From Phyllobates terribilis (Eukaryota): a stretch of DNA of 64,000 nt. Under the pieces are notes generated by a model, which was not told the origin of the DNA, searched no databases, and saw only the letters and a program-made list of their open reading frames with translations. Location of the stretch: the NCBI RefSeq assembly GCF_046119375.1, contig NW_027362764.1, positions 501,952,001 through 502,016,000 of the forward strand, written 5' to 3'. Shown here in pieces: positions 46,091 through 61,519 of this stretch. Numbering within the stretch: position 1 is the first letter of the stretch; each line of letters opens with the position of its first letter. The position numbers and the translations under genes were made by a program.

Positions 46091-47602
46091 TTTTGAGCTT
46101 TGCCCCCTTCTTGTAAATAATTGGTTATTTGTATTTTATGTTTTTTATTTGTTTTTAATTCCCGTTTTTTTGTCAGTTTTGTTGTAGAGGTATAGAGATC
46201 ATTCGCTTGTATACTTACCTGATATGATATCCCTGGGCTTCTGGATGGTGGCAAGACGGCTGATGGAGATGCTTTTTACCATGCACTTGGATTCTCAAAT
46301 GAAGCGTCATCAAAAAGGAAGTGAATAAAAAAAGCAGTTATAGTGTAGTTAGGGAAGGATAGGTATTTTTTAATTCAGATATATTAGAAAATAGTTTTGA
46401 TTTTGAAATCAAATAGATAGGGATATAGGATGAAAATTACTTTGGACTTCGAACCACCCCTTTAAGTTTATATGTAAATGCTTTGGATAAAATTAGATAC
46501 AAATTATTTTAATGGCTTGCCTATTTACACATTCATTTTATGGAAGTTAAACATAGGAAAGTATAAAACAATCACCTTGATACTCTCACACCAACTCATT
46601 AATGCATAGCTATTAGTATATAAAATCGTTTACCTTCTATTGCAATATGTCTCTAATGTATTGGCTTGTCTCACAAATATTGCTACTTTTCCAGTATTTT
46701 GGTTGCCATGTAATGTGGACATACATTGTCACAGTTTACCATTACCCTGCTAGTTCAGGTATCAAAGCACAGTTAAATCTGCCAGACACACACTGCTTGT
46801 GATGCCCCAGAGATCATCCTTGTCCTGAGAGGTAAAACACTGGCAGGAATGAATGGAGTGCAACATAATCACGTCTTTGTTGTTCTGAACAGTCTATTAA
46901 ATGACGACATTGCATTCACAAGACTCCAGAATGACAGGCATATGGCACATATAAATAAATGAAAAGGCTGCTGATACAATTACGCTTAAAAGTCTGAACT
47001 GTGTACCTGGTAACATTTGGTAAGCTGCAGGTTGTCTGTTCCCTGATCAGTCGCCAGATGAAGTCTTTATCAATTTTCTTATCAAGCATTCATTATGATT
47101 CATTATAAAAATATTTTAAAAAAGGTTGAAAATATTGTACATTCAAGATATTATAGGTCTGTATTATTATTGCAATGCTTTGCAAGTATTAAATGGAAAA
47201 AATAATTGTATGATAAAAGTAATATCCATTACTGAAAATTAAATCCAAAGAAAAAAAATGTAAACATTTATAGAATGCCAACATATTCTGCAGCGCTTTA
47301 CAATTATCATATATTTGTAAAATGACATATAATAAAAACACTGAAAAATGGGAACGTAGAGAGGTCTCTGGCCATAAGAGCTTACAGTCTAAAGACTCCC
47401 ACACACATAAACATTTGTCAATTCGGACCGTGTATAGCACTTCACAAAACCTGATAAATAATGCTGGGGAAAAAAAGACTGGCATTTTAATTTAAACACC
47501 CAATTCTGTGTTCTCCCAGAATAGAGAGGTGTCTGACAGTGGCTTACTCTCCTGTCTCTGTACATGCATGTGTATGGGGTAGACAACTTTCTAATGCATA
47601 TA

Positions 47603-49216
<1,614 letters not shown>

Positions 49217-49479
49217 TAGGTCCCCTAAAACACTGCACAATAAGGTGTTCTAAAGGCCCCCTTAAAGAGTATATTAACATCAGCTGAATACAAATATTGG
49301 GTCAATTTTTTTCTACTACCTCTTGTGAGAATAAAAAATTTGAGGCCAAAGTAATATTTTACAGGAAAAAAAATAATCTTTGTATTTTATTGCCTAATCT
49401 TATAAAATTCTGTGAAGCACCTGTGAGTTCAAAATGTTCATCACACTCCTAGGTGAATTTTATGTGGAGATAAGATTGT

Positions 49480-50080
49480 AGTGTGACATTAAGTCACTTC
49501 TCACAGACTAGCCGTGAGACGGGGAAGTCAAGGAGTCCTAAGTTCAGAGCCAGAAACGTACATCATAAACAGAGGGGAGAGACAAAGGCATAGTCAGGAC
49601 ATAAAAAACAAAGACAAAAGCACAATACACAAATACCCAAAGGTAAATGGATAAATCGCAAAGTGCATAAAAATAATGATAAATAATAAAGGGTATTTAG
49701 TTAACATAAATTTTGATAAAGATAATGTAAAAACCATCCCGCCACGTCACGGCAACCCTTATGGGACAGTCCTAACTCTAATATTAAAACCTTACCATTT
49801 GTCAAGTGACATACATATAGATAAGGGATGAGAGACTGAACCCTTAGTAGAAGAATGGACCTGAGAGGCAGAATGAACCTTCCAGCTCAGAAAAAGGGCG
49901 GCCACACCCTTATATGCACTAATGCACATTAAACTACAAAGAAGTCAGGACATAGTCCGGGATCAGAATTCCAAAGTCCGAGTGCGTCAAGGCAAAAGGG
50001 GTAATCAAAAGGCAAATTCAAGCTCTGGCAACAAAGATCAGAATATCAGAGTACAGAGCACAGAGCAAACACACTTCTGA
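49480..50080. repeat. Possible LTR-derived remnant
   Basis: Composition and AG-rich U5-like stretches only; no termini or TSD verified. Confidence 0.25.
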
Positions 50081-50099
50081 TTCTATCCTATATACGGGG

Positions 50100-51660
50100 T
50101 ATTCCAATGGCATTATTAATGCCAAAATGTTGGAGGGTTTAACCACTGAATGCCTGGTGGCTCCCACCTTCTAACACCTAAGGTACATAAGGATATCAAT
50201 AATCCCCCAGGGAGTCCTATTGTGGCGGGCAATGGGGGGTAATATGAAGCTCCCTATCGCTTAATTGATGACTATCTGCAGCGGTGTGTTGAAACCCTTC
50301 CGTCCTTCATTAGGGACACTACAGACATCCTGAGACATCTGGATGGAGTACAATTAGAACCCGATATGATTCTTGTCACATGTGACATCGAATAGTTGTG
50401 CACACCTATAGGACCATGGGATCACGGTGTTCAGGCCCTTCTTAAATGCTACTGACCTGGACATGGATTTGATTGAATTTATCTTAGGACTTTTCCATTT
50501 TTCATTAACGCATAATTTCTTCGTGTTTAAGGACCTTTTTTCCTACAGCTCCAGGGAACGGCGATGGGGGCGACTTGTGCGTCCTCATACGCCAATCTTT
50601 CCCTGGGGCTGTGGGAGAAGGAGGTGGTTTATGAATTGGAGGACTTCGGCGCCGTGGACTCATGGTCCCTTTACATTGACAATATTTTGCTCATCTGGCA
50701 GGGGTCAGAGACATCTCTTATGACATTTCTAACCAGACTGAATGATAATGAAAGAAATATTCAGCTTACATGGAAATATAGTGCAATCCAGGTTGAATTT
50801 TTGGATGTCTTGACTCTTAATGGAAAGAGGCGAGAGGGCGGTTCATCACTACCTATATATTTCGGAAATCAACCGCCATGAATACACTCCTCCATGCGGC
50901 GTCGTTGCATCACCCCTCAACTACGAGAACCATTCCAATAGGTTCAGCGGATGCGTAGAATCTGCTGGGACTATATGAAATTTGAACAGCAATCTTGTAT
51001 ACTTACCCATAATCTACAACAGAGAGTCTATTATCATAGAACTATCAGAGCAGGGTATAGGAGGGCAAAATTTACATCTAGAAATCAATTGCTCGTGAAC
51101 AACAAAAGCAAGAGAACTGTTAATGACTCCCAAATTGGGTTTATCACCTCCTTCAACTCTAGGTGGCCAGATCTTTTGAGTATTCTAAGGAAGCAATGGT
51201 CTGTATTGATTATAGACGAATATTTGAAAAAACATTTCCCCAGCCATCCATTAGTGACATGGAGGAGATCCAAAAATATAAAGGATCTGGTCACCCATAG
51301 TCATTATGTGCCACCTCCCTCGAAATTTTTTCTGACCGATAGAGTGGGACCAAGGTGGGGGTCCTTTAAGTGCGGTGATTGCTCTATATTTAATCACATG
51401 GAAAGATCCAACACCTTTACAAACAGTGATAATTCTAAAACCTATACCATCACGCACCATATCACATGTTGTTCGGAGATGGTTGTGTACTATATGTACT
51501 GTTCTTATTCTTTGATATATATCGGCATGACGACCCGCCAACTGCAAGTGAGGATTTTAGAGCACATAAGAGACATCAAAAATGCATCTGACATCACAAA
51601 TCCATTAAAAACTATTCCTAGGCATTTTAGGGTCTGTCATCAGGGCTGCCACAAGGAATT
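50100..51660 (+). mobile_element. Second Penelope-like element (RT + GIY-YIG), degraded and truncated
   Basis: PKVHKD..PPG.PIV, MGATCASSYANL, WSLYIDNIL, EFLDV, VVYYMYC..SLIYIGMTTRQLQVRILEH. Confidence 0.88.
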
Positions 51661-53172
51661 TCAGGGTCCCATACTGGCAAAATTTTTGAGCCCCACTGAG
51701 ACTCCGCCCCAGGCTCCACCCCAGCTCCACCTCCATCCTTCAAACCTTCCACAGTCCCACCGCCTAGTCTTGGAAATACTCCACTTCTGCACCACGTCCT
51801 CACCAATCACACATTAACAGTTTCCATAGAACACCAGATCACACACATAGCCAGCAGCTTCTGTTTTGGCCAAAAGATTTCTTAAGCCGCTACCAGGACA
51901 AGGTAGACTCTTCTGGCTGGATCCTACTCTACTTTAACCAATTAAACATTTCTTATAATACCCAATACTCTTTTTAAGTATATTTTTCTGGAAGGGAATG
52001 TGTCACATATTTTTTTTTAAAATGACCAATAATAACACATACAAGGGACAAATACCGCCACACCATTACCAGACCACATATTACCACCACATAGTGACTG
52101 AATAATACTACATACAAGGAATACCGCCACACCATGACTGGACCATATATTACTACCACATAGAACCTGAATAATGTCACATACAAGGAAAAAATACCAC
52201 CACACCATGGTTGGACCACATATTACCATGACATAGTGACTGACTGCTACAATACTGATCATTAATAAAAAAAAAACACAATACTAATATTACCATAAGT
52301 GCCATTATACACAGGAGCTCTGCACATAATATACAGCAGTAATAATATCCCTTAAATGGCCCCTACAGTAATAATGTCCCACAACCTGCCCACATATGAC
52401 TTCATCCTGTCCTCATGTCATGTCTTCGCTCTCCCCCCCATGTCTCTGCTCTGCACCCCATGTCTCCACTCTGCACCCTATGTCTCTGCTTTGCCCTCCA
52501 TGTCTCAGCTCTGCCCTCCCTTTCTCAGCTCTGCACCCCATGTCTCCGCTCTGCACCCCATTTCTCATCTCACCCCCCATGTCTCCGCTCTGCACCCCAT
52601 GACTCCGCTCTGCACCCCATGTCTCAGCTCTGCCCTCCATGTCTCATCTCATCCCCCCATGTCTCAGCTCACCCCCTCATGTCTCAGCTGTTAGAACCCT
52701 CCTGTTTGTTTTTTCCATCTTGTGTTTTGCGGTCACGTGACCATTTGCCTTTATATTCCAGCTCCACCCTTATGGCTGTGCTGGACTTCAGTGTTTGACT
52801 GTTTCTCTAGCCTGGTGCTTCGGTGCCTTTCTCTGTCAAGTTTGCTTGGTCCTTCTGGGACCTTTAGTACATTTTTGTCAGTTTGTCTTTTTGCGTTCTG
52901 CAACAACTTCTCTGTTTAGGAGGTGTCCCATTTTTGTCTCAGTCCTTAGTTCATTAAGGGACCCCTCCCTTAATGCTATAGGTCTTCGTTCAGACTAGCC
53001 GAGGACTAAGGCGGGTCTGTTCGCTAGGAACAGGCAGCCTGTTACATCGTAGGGATTCAGCATAGTCTTACTGTAGGGACAGCTTTTTTCCTATCTTTCC
53101 TTAGTACTTGTTGCAGATCATAACAGTAAGTCCATCCCAAAAAACTAAAAGGAAAGAAATTCGGGGATCAGT

Positions 53173-54000
53173 ATGGTTTCAGTCCAGGATTTGGCTCAAC
53201 GTCTGCAGGGATTGTCTCTGGAGGTGGCCGAGCTTCAGCAACACGTGAGTAGCTGTTCTGGAGCGCATTTTGTCGAACCCAAGGTAGGACTGCCTGATGT
53301 TTTTTATGGTAAACAGCAAGATTTTTTTTCCTTTAAAAATTCTTGTTTGTTATATTTTCATTTGAGACCAAGGTCCTCTGGGAATGAATCACAGCGCATT
53401 GGTTTTATTATGTCACTTTTGCGCAATGAACCACAGGGGTGGGCCTTTTCTTTCCATCCTAATGATCCGAGTTTAAGGTCTGTTGAAGAATTTTTTTCTG
53501 CTATGGGGCTTTTATATGACGATCCTGATCGAATCTCATCTGCTGAATCAGAACTCAGACGTTTGAATCAGGGGTCAGATGATGTTGAAAATTATTGCAC
53601 ACACTTCAGGGGATGGGCTTCAGAAATTAAGTGGAATGATCCTGCGCTGAGATGTTTATTTCTTGCTGGTCTGAGTGAAAGGGTTAAGGATTTGCTAATT
53701 GCATTCCCTGCACCTGAGACTCTGCAGGATGCTATGCAGTTAGCTTTTCGTATAGACTGGAGACTGAGGTGCAGGCTCAATGAGGTAAAGACTCCTGTAA
53801 TGCCAGGTCCTAGTCCCCAGAAAATCTGCTCTGACGGCGGAGAACCGATGGAGGTTGGGACGATGTCACTCCACTCTCAGGAAAGAGACCGGAGGTTCGC
53901 CGAGGGATTGTGTCTTTATTGTGGTAAAGCTGACCATTTGATTAAGTATTGTGAGCGTCGTTTAAGTAAAGAAAAAAAAAGGTCAGTTACGCCTGTATAG
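53173..54000 (+). CDS. gag: Chromovirus gag, intact ORF with CCHC knuckle
   Basis: 275 aa; CLYCGKADHLIKYC; homologous to 37413-38252. Confidence 0.92.
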   Translation: MVSVQDLAQRLQGLSLEVAELQQHVSSCSGAHFVEPKVGLPDVFYGKQQDFFSFKNSCLLYFHLRPRSSGNESQRIGFIMSLLRNEPQGWAFSFHPNDPSLRSVEEFFSAMGLLYDDPDRISSAESELRRLNQGSDDVENYCTHFRGWASEIKWNDPALRCLFLAGLSERVKDLLIAFPAPETLQDAMQLAFRIDWRLRCRLNEVKTPVMPGPSPQKICSDGGEPMEVGTMSLHSQERDRRFAEGLCLYCGKADHLIKYCERRLSKEKKRSVTPV

Positions 54001-54056
54001 CTTGTTTACGCTCTGCAGGAGTATTTCTTTCTGGGAGTACTACTCTGTAGGGAGAT

Positions 54057-57000
54057 TTGATTGAATTTCAGGTATTTGTGGATTGTGGTTCAACACTTAA
54101 CGTGATTGATAAAGGGTTTTTGGAAAACCTTACATTGAAATCCAAACCTTTGTCATATTTCTGTGATTGCAATTGATAACACTCCTTTGAAATGTATTAC
54201 TCACAAGACTGCTGCATTTCCCCTCACTATCAATGGAGTTCACCAAGAAATTTTGGACTTGGTTGTTTTAGATAATTTACCCTCTCCAGTTGTACTAGGA
54301 TTGCCTTGGTTAAAACTGCACAATCCTTTATTGGACTGGTCTACTAATGTGATTAAGTCTTGGAGTCCGAAGTGCTATGATAAATGTTGTAATGGTCGCA
54401 TTGCGGCTGTGGAAAAAGGGGAATTACCGGTACCTATTCAAGATTTTTGGAGGGTTTTTTCGGAGGAGGAATCGCAAGTTTTACCTCCTCATAGGGATTA
54501 TGATTGCGCCATTGAGTTTGCTCCGGCAGCTACTCTACCCAAGAGTCGCTTGTTTAATCTGACTATCCCTGAAAGAAAGGCCTTGGAGGAGTACATACAG
54601 ACTAGCCTGGCTGCTGGTCACATTAGACCTTCTAAGTTGCCTGTGGCAGTTGGATGTTTCTTTGTTAAAAAAAAGGACGGCGGTTTACGTCCATGTCTGG
54701 ATTTTTGTGAAATTAATAAGATTACCGTACGCAATTCCTACCCATTGCCGTTAATTCCTGACTTGTTTAACCAGTTAGTGGGGGCCAAAATTGATCTCTG
54801 GGGGGCATACAATTTGTTACGAGTGAAGGAGGGTGATGAATGGAAAACTGCTTTTAACAGTCCGGTAGGTCATTTTGAGAATCTGGTGATGCCTTTTGGT
54901 CTTACCAATGCACCTGCATTTTTTCAGAACCTTATTAATGACATCCTGAGACCTTTGATTGGTAAGAATGTGGTTGTGTATTTGGATGACATTTTGATTT
55001 ACTCACCAGATCTAGAGTCCCATTGGCAGAGTGTACGTGAAGTTTTGCAGTTATTGAGTGATAATTCACTCTTTGCTAAGCTGAAGAAATGTGAGTTCGC
55101 TGTGCATAAAATTAGTTTTTTGGGCTACATTGTTTCCAGCGAGGGCTTTGAGATGGACCCTGTGAGGGTTCAGGCTGTGCAGGAATGGCCTAGGCCTATT
55201 CGTTTGAAATCTATACAGAGAATTTTGGGGTTTGCCAATTATTACAGGAAATTCATTAAGAATTTTTCTGTAATTGTTAAACCTTTAACCGATCTCACCA
55301 GGAAAGGTGCGAATACGGCCCAGTGGACTACTGAGGCCATTGAAGCGTTTGAGTATCTCAAAGAGAGGTTCAGTTCTGCCCCTATCCTTATGCAGCCTGA
55401 TGAGACCAAGCCTTTTTTGGTCGAGGTCGATGCTTCATCTGTGGGGGTCGGAGCAGTTTTGTCTCAGGAGAACAAGGGTGGAGTACATCCTTGTGCCTTC
55501 TTTTCGAAAAAAATTTCGGTAACCGAACTGAATTATGATGTTGGAAATCGGGCATTGCTGGCTATTAAACTTGTGTTTGAACATTGGCGTCATTTTTTGG
55601 AAGGTGCTAGATTTCCTATTCAGGTTTTCACAGATCATAAGAATTTGATCTATCTGGATGCTGCCAAGCGCTTGAATGCCCGTCAAGCTAGGTGGGCACT
55701 TTTTTTTTCTCGGTTTCATTTTTCTGTTACCAATATCCCTGGTACTAAGAATGTTAAAGCCGATGCTTTATCTCGCAGCTTCTCTCCTACGGTCGGTGCC
55801 GAGGAGGAGGAGAGCATTTTACAGAAAAGAGTTGTGGTGGCGGCATTGGACTCCGTTTTGGAGAATGGGATTCTGAAAGCTCAAGATGATGCTCCATCTA
55901 ACACTCCCCATGGGAGTTTGTTCGTGCCTAGAGCCTTTAGGAGAGATTTGTTTGTGGAGTGTCATGAGTCTCGGTTGGCAGGTCATCCAGGAATTTCGGA
56001 GACTAAGAGACTTATCAGTCGCAGTTTTTGGTGGCCTGGAAGGCAGAAGGAAGTCGTCAAGTGGATGCGTCAGTGTACTGTGTGTGCTAGGTCAAAGGCT
56101 TCACATACTCCTGCTGAAAGGTTGCTTTGCCCTCTGAAGGTTCCTAGTGCGCCTTGGACTCATCTCACAATGGATTTTATTACTGATCTTCCTGTGTCCG
56201 AGGGTTTTATTGTCATCTGGGTGGTCATGGACCGTTTTAGTAAGATGTGTCATTTGGTTCCATTCATTAAGTTGCCCTGCGCCAAGACACTCGCTAAGGC
56301 GTTTGTTAAGGAAATTGTCAAACTCCATGGCGTTCCCACGGATATTGTTTCTGATAGAGGACCTCAGTTTGTGGCTCGCTTTTGGCGTGCTTTTTGTGAC
56401 AGGTTGGGAGTCCATTTGTCATTTTCGTCTGGCTATCATCCTGAGTCTAATGGACAGACTGAAAGAAAGAACCAGGATGTTGAACAGTTTTTGTGTTGTT
56501 TTGTGGCGGACAATCAAGAGGTGTGGTCTGAGTTTCTGCCTCTCACAGAATTTGCTCTTAATAATCATACATCCTCCTCTGCTGGGTGTTCTCCTTTTTT
56601 TTGTTGTACTGGGAGACATCCGTCTTTTGGTTCGTTCTCCAAATTGGGGTCGGCGGTGCAGGAGGAGGAGAATTTTTCCGGTGATTTGGAGAGAGTTTGG
56701 ACTAATGTACGTTGCAAGCTTCAAGAGGCTAACAAGAAGTCCAAGAAGTATTTTGACAGGAAACGTAAGGAGGTTTTGTTTACTGTGGTTGACATGGTTT
56801 GGTTGTCCTCGATGAACCTGCGGTTGAGGATTCCCTCTAAAAAACTGGGTCCTAAGTTTGTGGGTCCATTTAAAGTGCTACAGGTTGTTAACCAGTCTGC
56901 TGTTAGGTTGGATGTCCCTACTTCCTGGAAGATTAATCCTGTGTTTCATGTTTCCTTGTTGAAAAAGGCTGATGTATCTGATAGGGACGCCACTGTCACA

Positions 57001-57126
57001 GTTCCTCCCGTTGCGGAAGACAGCGAATATGAAATTTCTCGTATCTTGAATTCTAGATGGCATAGAGGGAGATTGCAGTATTTTGTCTCCTGGAAGGGTT
57101 TCAGTCCCGAAGACAACTCCTGGTAA
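54057..57126 (+). pseudogene. pol: Chromovirus pol (PR-RT-RH-IN-chromo), lightly damaged
   Basis: 987-aa ORF 54163-57126; 5-nt deletion in PR near 54156; WFSK lost from RT; frameshift/stop inside the chromodomain at ~57124 relative to the 26219-28810 copy. Confidence 0.93.
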
Positions 57127-58550
57127 GGACGGATGATGTCTCTGCTCCTAGGCTTGTTAAAGCTTTCCACAGGAGGTTTCCGGATAGGCCTGGGCCTGGA
57201 GGATCCTCATAAAAGAGGGGGTACTGTTAGAACCCTCCTGTTTGTTTGTTTTTGTTTATATTCCAGCTCCGCCCTTATGGCTGTGCTGGACTTCAGTGTT
57301 TGACTGTTTCTCTAGCCTGGGGCTTCAGTGCCTTTCTCTGTCAAGTTTGCTTGGTCCTTCTGGGACCTTTAGTACATGTCAGTTTGCCTTTTTGTGTTCT
57401 GCAACAACTTTGTTTAGGAGGTGTCCCATTTTTGTCCAGTCCTTAGTTCTTTTAGGGACCCCTCCCTTAATGCTATAGGTCTTCGTTCAGACTAGCCGAG
57501 GACTAAGGCGGGTCTGTTCGCTAGGAACAGGCAGCCCGCTACATCGTAGGGATTCAGCTTAGTCTTACTGTAGGGACAGCTCTCCCCTATCTTTCCTTAG
57601 TACTTGTTGCAGATCATAACATCAGCTCACTCCCCATGTCTCAGCTCACACACCCCCATGTCTCAGCTCACACACCTCCATGTCTCAGCTCACCCCCCAT
57701 GTCTCAGCTCAACCCCCATGTCTCATCTCACCCCCCCATGTCTCAGCTCTGCACCCCATGTCTCAGCTCTGCACCCCATTTCTCAGCTCTGCACCCCATG
57801 TCTCAGATCTGCACCCCATGTCTCAGCTCACCCCCATGTCTCAGCTCACACCCTCCATGTCTTATCTCACCCACCCATGTCTCAGCTCACCCCCCATGTC
57901 TCAGCTCAAACCCCCATGTCTTAGCTCACACACCCCCATGTCTCAGCTCACACACCCCCATTTCTCAGTTCACATCGCCCCATGTCTCAGCTCACACCCC
58001 CCCATGTCTCAGCTCACCCCCCCCATGTCTCAGCTCACCCCCCCATGTCTCATCTCTCCCCCCATGTCTCAGCTCACCCCCCCATGTCTCATCTCACCCC
58101 CCCATGTCTCAGCTCACGCCCCCATGTCTGAGCTCACACCCCCATGTCTCAGCTCACTCCTCATGTCTCAGCTCACCCCCCATGTCTCAGCTCACACCCC
58201 CCATGCCTCAGCTCACCCCCCATGTCTCATATCACCCCCCATGTCTCATCTCATCCCCCATGTCTCAGCTCACCCCCCATGTCTCATCTCACCCCCCATG
58301 TCTCATCTCACCCCCCATGTCTCAGCTCACCCCCCATGTCTCAGCTCAACCCCCATGTCTCACCTCACCCCCCATGTCTCAGCTCACCCCTACCATGTCT
58401 CAGCTCACCCCCCCATGTCTCAACTCACACCCCCAAGTCATAGCTCTGCACTCCATGTCTCCAAAAATAAAAAAAAACATTCCTCCTTACCTTGCTGCTG
58501 CTCCAAAAAACACCTGCAAGGGCTTCCTAAGCCTTTAAAAAGGTCCCTTA

Positions 58551-59480
58551 GGCTGTGTGCCCACTATGCGTTTTTTAAGCGTTTCCGCAGCGGCAATTCC
58601 GCTGCAGAAACCCTTAAAAAACGATTGGTAGAAGGTCTGCTATGCTCCCCAATGATAATCCGCATGTGCTGTGCACATGCTGCAGAAATTTCCGCTTCAG
58701 ATTATCATTGCGGAAAAATCCGCAGTACTACCAATTATTTTGCATAAGCGCAGCGTTTTTGCCGCCATTGACTTGCATTGAATCGCTTAATATCCGCATG
58801 ACTACATGTGCACATGTGGATATTAAGCTATTCAGTGTGCGGATGGTACCTAGGTCTGGAGAAGAGGAGACTCTCATCCAGACCCGGGTACCATAGTACC
58901 TGTAAAAAAAGAATTTAAAATAAAAAAACATTATACTCACCTTTTGATGGCCCCCAGTCTACTTAGTGATGCGTCCTGGCTCGTCAGCGGCTCGCGATGG
59001 TCAAAAAGGACCTTCCATGACGTCATTTAGTCATGTGACGGGTCACGCGACCGCTGACGTTGGCTGTCGCGTGACCTGTCACATGACTAAATGATGTCAT
59101 GGAAGGTGCTTTTACACCACCGCGAGCTACCGGGGAGACCGGAGAAGGAGACCTGGGGCCATCGGAAGGTGAGTATAATTTTTTTTTAAACATTTTTATT
59201 CTTTTATTTAACTAACTTGGTCACACTCTATAAAATCCATGCCGGTTGCATGAATTTATATAGTGTGACCAAGTTGTCAAGCACTTTTCAAAGAGATGCT
59301 AAAATCGCTTGGAAAGCGCTTGACAACCCGCATGCGAAATTGCATATACAAAATGCGTGACAAACGCTTGTCCCTGGCTGGAAAAAGGCATGTAAAATCC
59401 GCATGTGTTTTTTTCTGCCAGGGAGATGTAGTAATGCTCCGGAAAAATCCGGAGCATTTCTGCATCATAGGCACATAGCC
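58551..59480. mobile_element. PIF/Harbinger-type MITE
   Basis: TTA|GGCTGTGTGCC ... GGCACATAGCC|TTA: 3-bp TTA TSD and TIRs; internal palindromes. Confidence 0.8.
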
Positions 59481-59489
59481 TTAGTCTGT

Positions 59490-59915
59490 TTCAGTAGGCT
59501 CAACAATCATGGGGAAGACTGCTGACTTGACAGATGTCCAGAAGGCAATCATTGACACACTCCACAAGGTCCCTCCATGCCGCGCCGCATTGATGCAGTA
59601 ATTGATGCAAAAGGAGCCCCGGCCAAGTATTGAGTGCATTTACTGAACATACATTTCAGTACGCCAACATTTTGGATTTTAAAAACATTTTTCAAGCTGT
59701 TGTTATAAAGTATTCTAATTTAGTGAGATATTGACTTTTGTGTTTTCATTGGCTGTAAGCCATAATCATCAACATTAACAGAAATAAACACTTGAAATAG
59801 ATCACTCTGTTTGTAATGACTCTACTGTATATAATATATGAGTTTCACTTTTTGCATTGAAGAACTGAAATAAATTAACATTTTCAGGATATTCTAATTT
59901 AGTGAGATGCACCTG
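59490..59915 (+). mobile_element. Internally deleted Tc1 derivative
   Basis: MGKTADLTDVQKAIIDTLHK joined directly to SMPRRIDAVIDAKGAPAKY*; right TIR ending GATGCACCTG|TA. Confidence 0.7.
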
Positions 59916-61083
59916 TACATCATACATAGATTTGCAGTGCAGTATTTTTGATATCTCAAGCTATATAGCACTTACTATTAGCTTGACTTCCATAGATGGG
60001 GATTAGATTATGGCAACAAGCTATTTTGTGATAGCCTGACTTGTACCCAGTATGCAGACCATTAGCACACTCAGTGCATGTGTGGCACCCCAGGGGTCTG
60101 GTTTCCACAGTAACAGCAATGTTATGTCTGAGAGCAGGTGGGAGGTCTCTTGGTCAGGAATCCTATACATGCCACACCTCCTGCCCAGTCCTGGGAGGGG
60201 AAGGACTTCCCCTATATAAACCTAGGGCTGAGGCAGGGTTAGTGAGTAGAGAAGAAGTAGAGACAGAGAAGAGAAGCAGATATAGGAAAAGAACATCAGG
60301 AGCTCTGTGGGAGCAGTGCTATAAGGAGTCAGGGGCTGGCAGCTGCAGAGCTCGCCCTGACTGAGAAGCTATCACCGAACCCGGAGTCCGAGGCTGTGGG
60401 GACTAATCTTTACCCAGCAGCAGAAACCGCCCGGCAGGGGATTTCAGGTCCTCTGGCCAAGAAACCCGAAGGCACGGTCACACGCGTGGGACCAGCACCG
60501 CCGTCGTGGAGCGGACGCCACTAGAAGGCCCCGAGTCACCGGCCATACGGGTGAGCACCACACGGTACACTCAGGGACGTGGGCTACTTATACCCGCCTC
60601 TAGCAAGGTAGCCAGAAGAGTACAGTCAGTTTGGGAGGCCTACAACTCCGCCTGGCCAGGGGAGATCCCATCTGCTCAAGGACTGACCGGGCCCCGATCG
60701 CTAGCCAGTACTCCGGGAGGGTCTATCTTTATCACCAGTAAAGACCCTGAATTACACCGCATCGTCTCTGAGTGATTCCTGCTACCCCATCATCCACGTC
60801 GGCTGCCCTGAGGCCATACCCCTCCCGTTGGGGGTGATACTATCACGCTGCACAATCCTACCACCGGCCTCAGCGGTCTGCTCTGCAGCGGCAGCTCCTT
60901 CGCTGCATTCAACGGGTGGCGTAGTCGTCCAACATCTACCGCTAATACAGCACCACTTAGTCTGACTCCCTGGGCACGGACCGGGTCACCGCCACGAGAC
61001 TACAACCCTCAACAGATCCGGCTCCGGGTAAGCTCCCGCGTGCGCAACGCTGCGCGACACAGGCCCAGGGGTGCGTCAACTTT

Positions 61084-61101
61084 TGGCGTAGTCGGCAGGA
61101 T
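61084..61101 (+). promoter_or_regulatory. Primer binding site, tRNA-Ser
   Basis: TGGCGTAGTCGGCAGGAT, identical to 3458-3475. Confidence 0.92.
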
Positions 61102-61519
61102 CTTGTGCCCGCAACCACCGGGTACTGCGTGCCTGAAAAAGACTGTTCAAACTTACCAGTGGTGAAGATTCCCGCCATCCGGCGCCATCTTCTGTCTTCT
61201 TCCCGCCATCCGCGAAGTTTTCCCGCCATCCGGCGCCATCTTCTGCCTTCTTCCCGCCATCCGTGGAGTTTTCCCGCCGTTGGACGCCATCTTGAAGACG
61301 CCGCGCGGGAAGAAGAGGGGCGTAGACTCCGAAAGCGCTCTAGAACTGAAGCCCCGCCTCACGTCCGGACGTTGCGTAAGGTCCTGGAAGGAGCCCAGCA
61401 GACGCCGACGTCACAGGAGCGCGACGGAAGGTCCTCAACCCTGACGATCCACTGCGGAGCCGCGGCCTACGGAAGAGGATCATCGCAAGGTAGGCCACGG
61501 TCCACTAGGGGGGAGAAGG

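Larger units (their letters stand above)
52689..57621 (+). mobile_element. Second full-length copy of the chromodomain Gypsy family
   Basis: LTRs 52689-53125 and 57225-57621; 5-bp TSD TCAGC; PPT AAAAGAGGGGGTAC before 57225. Confidence 0.97.
52420..58440. repeat. ~19-20-bp minisatellite (CCCCATGTCTCAGCTCAC) split by a Gypsy insertion
   Basis: Units at 52420-52688 and 57622-58440. Confidence 0.93.

Noticed and set aside
57636-58747. Long ORFs of 300 and 355 aa
   Set aside because: Translations of the stop-poor CCCCATGTCTCAGCTCA minisatellite; low complexity, not genes.
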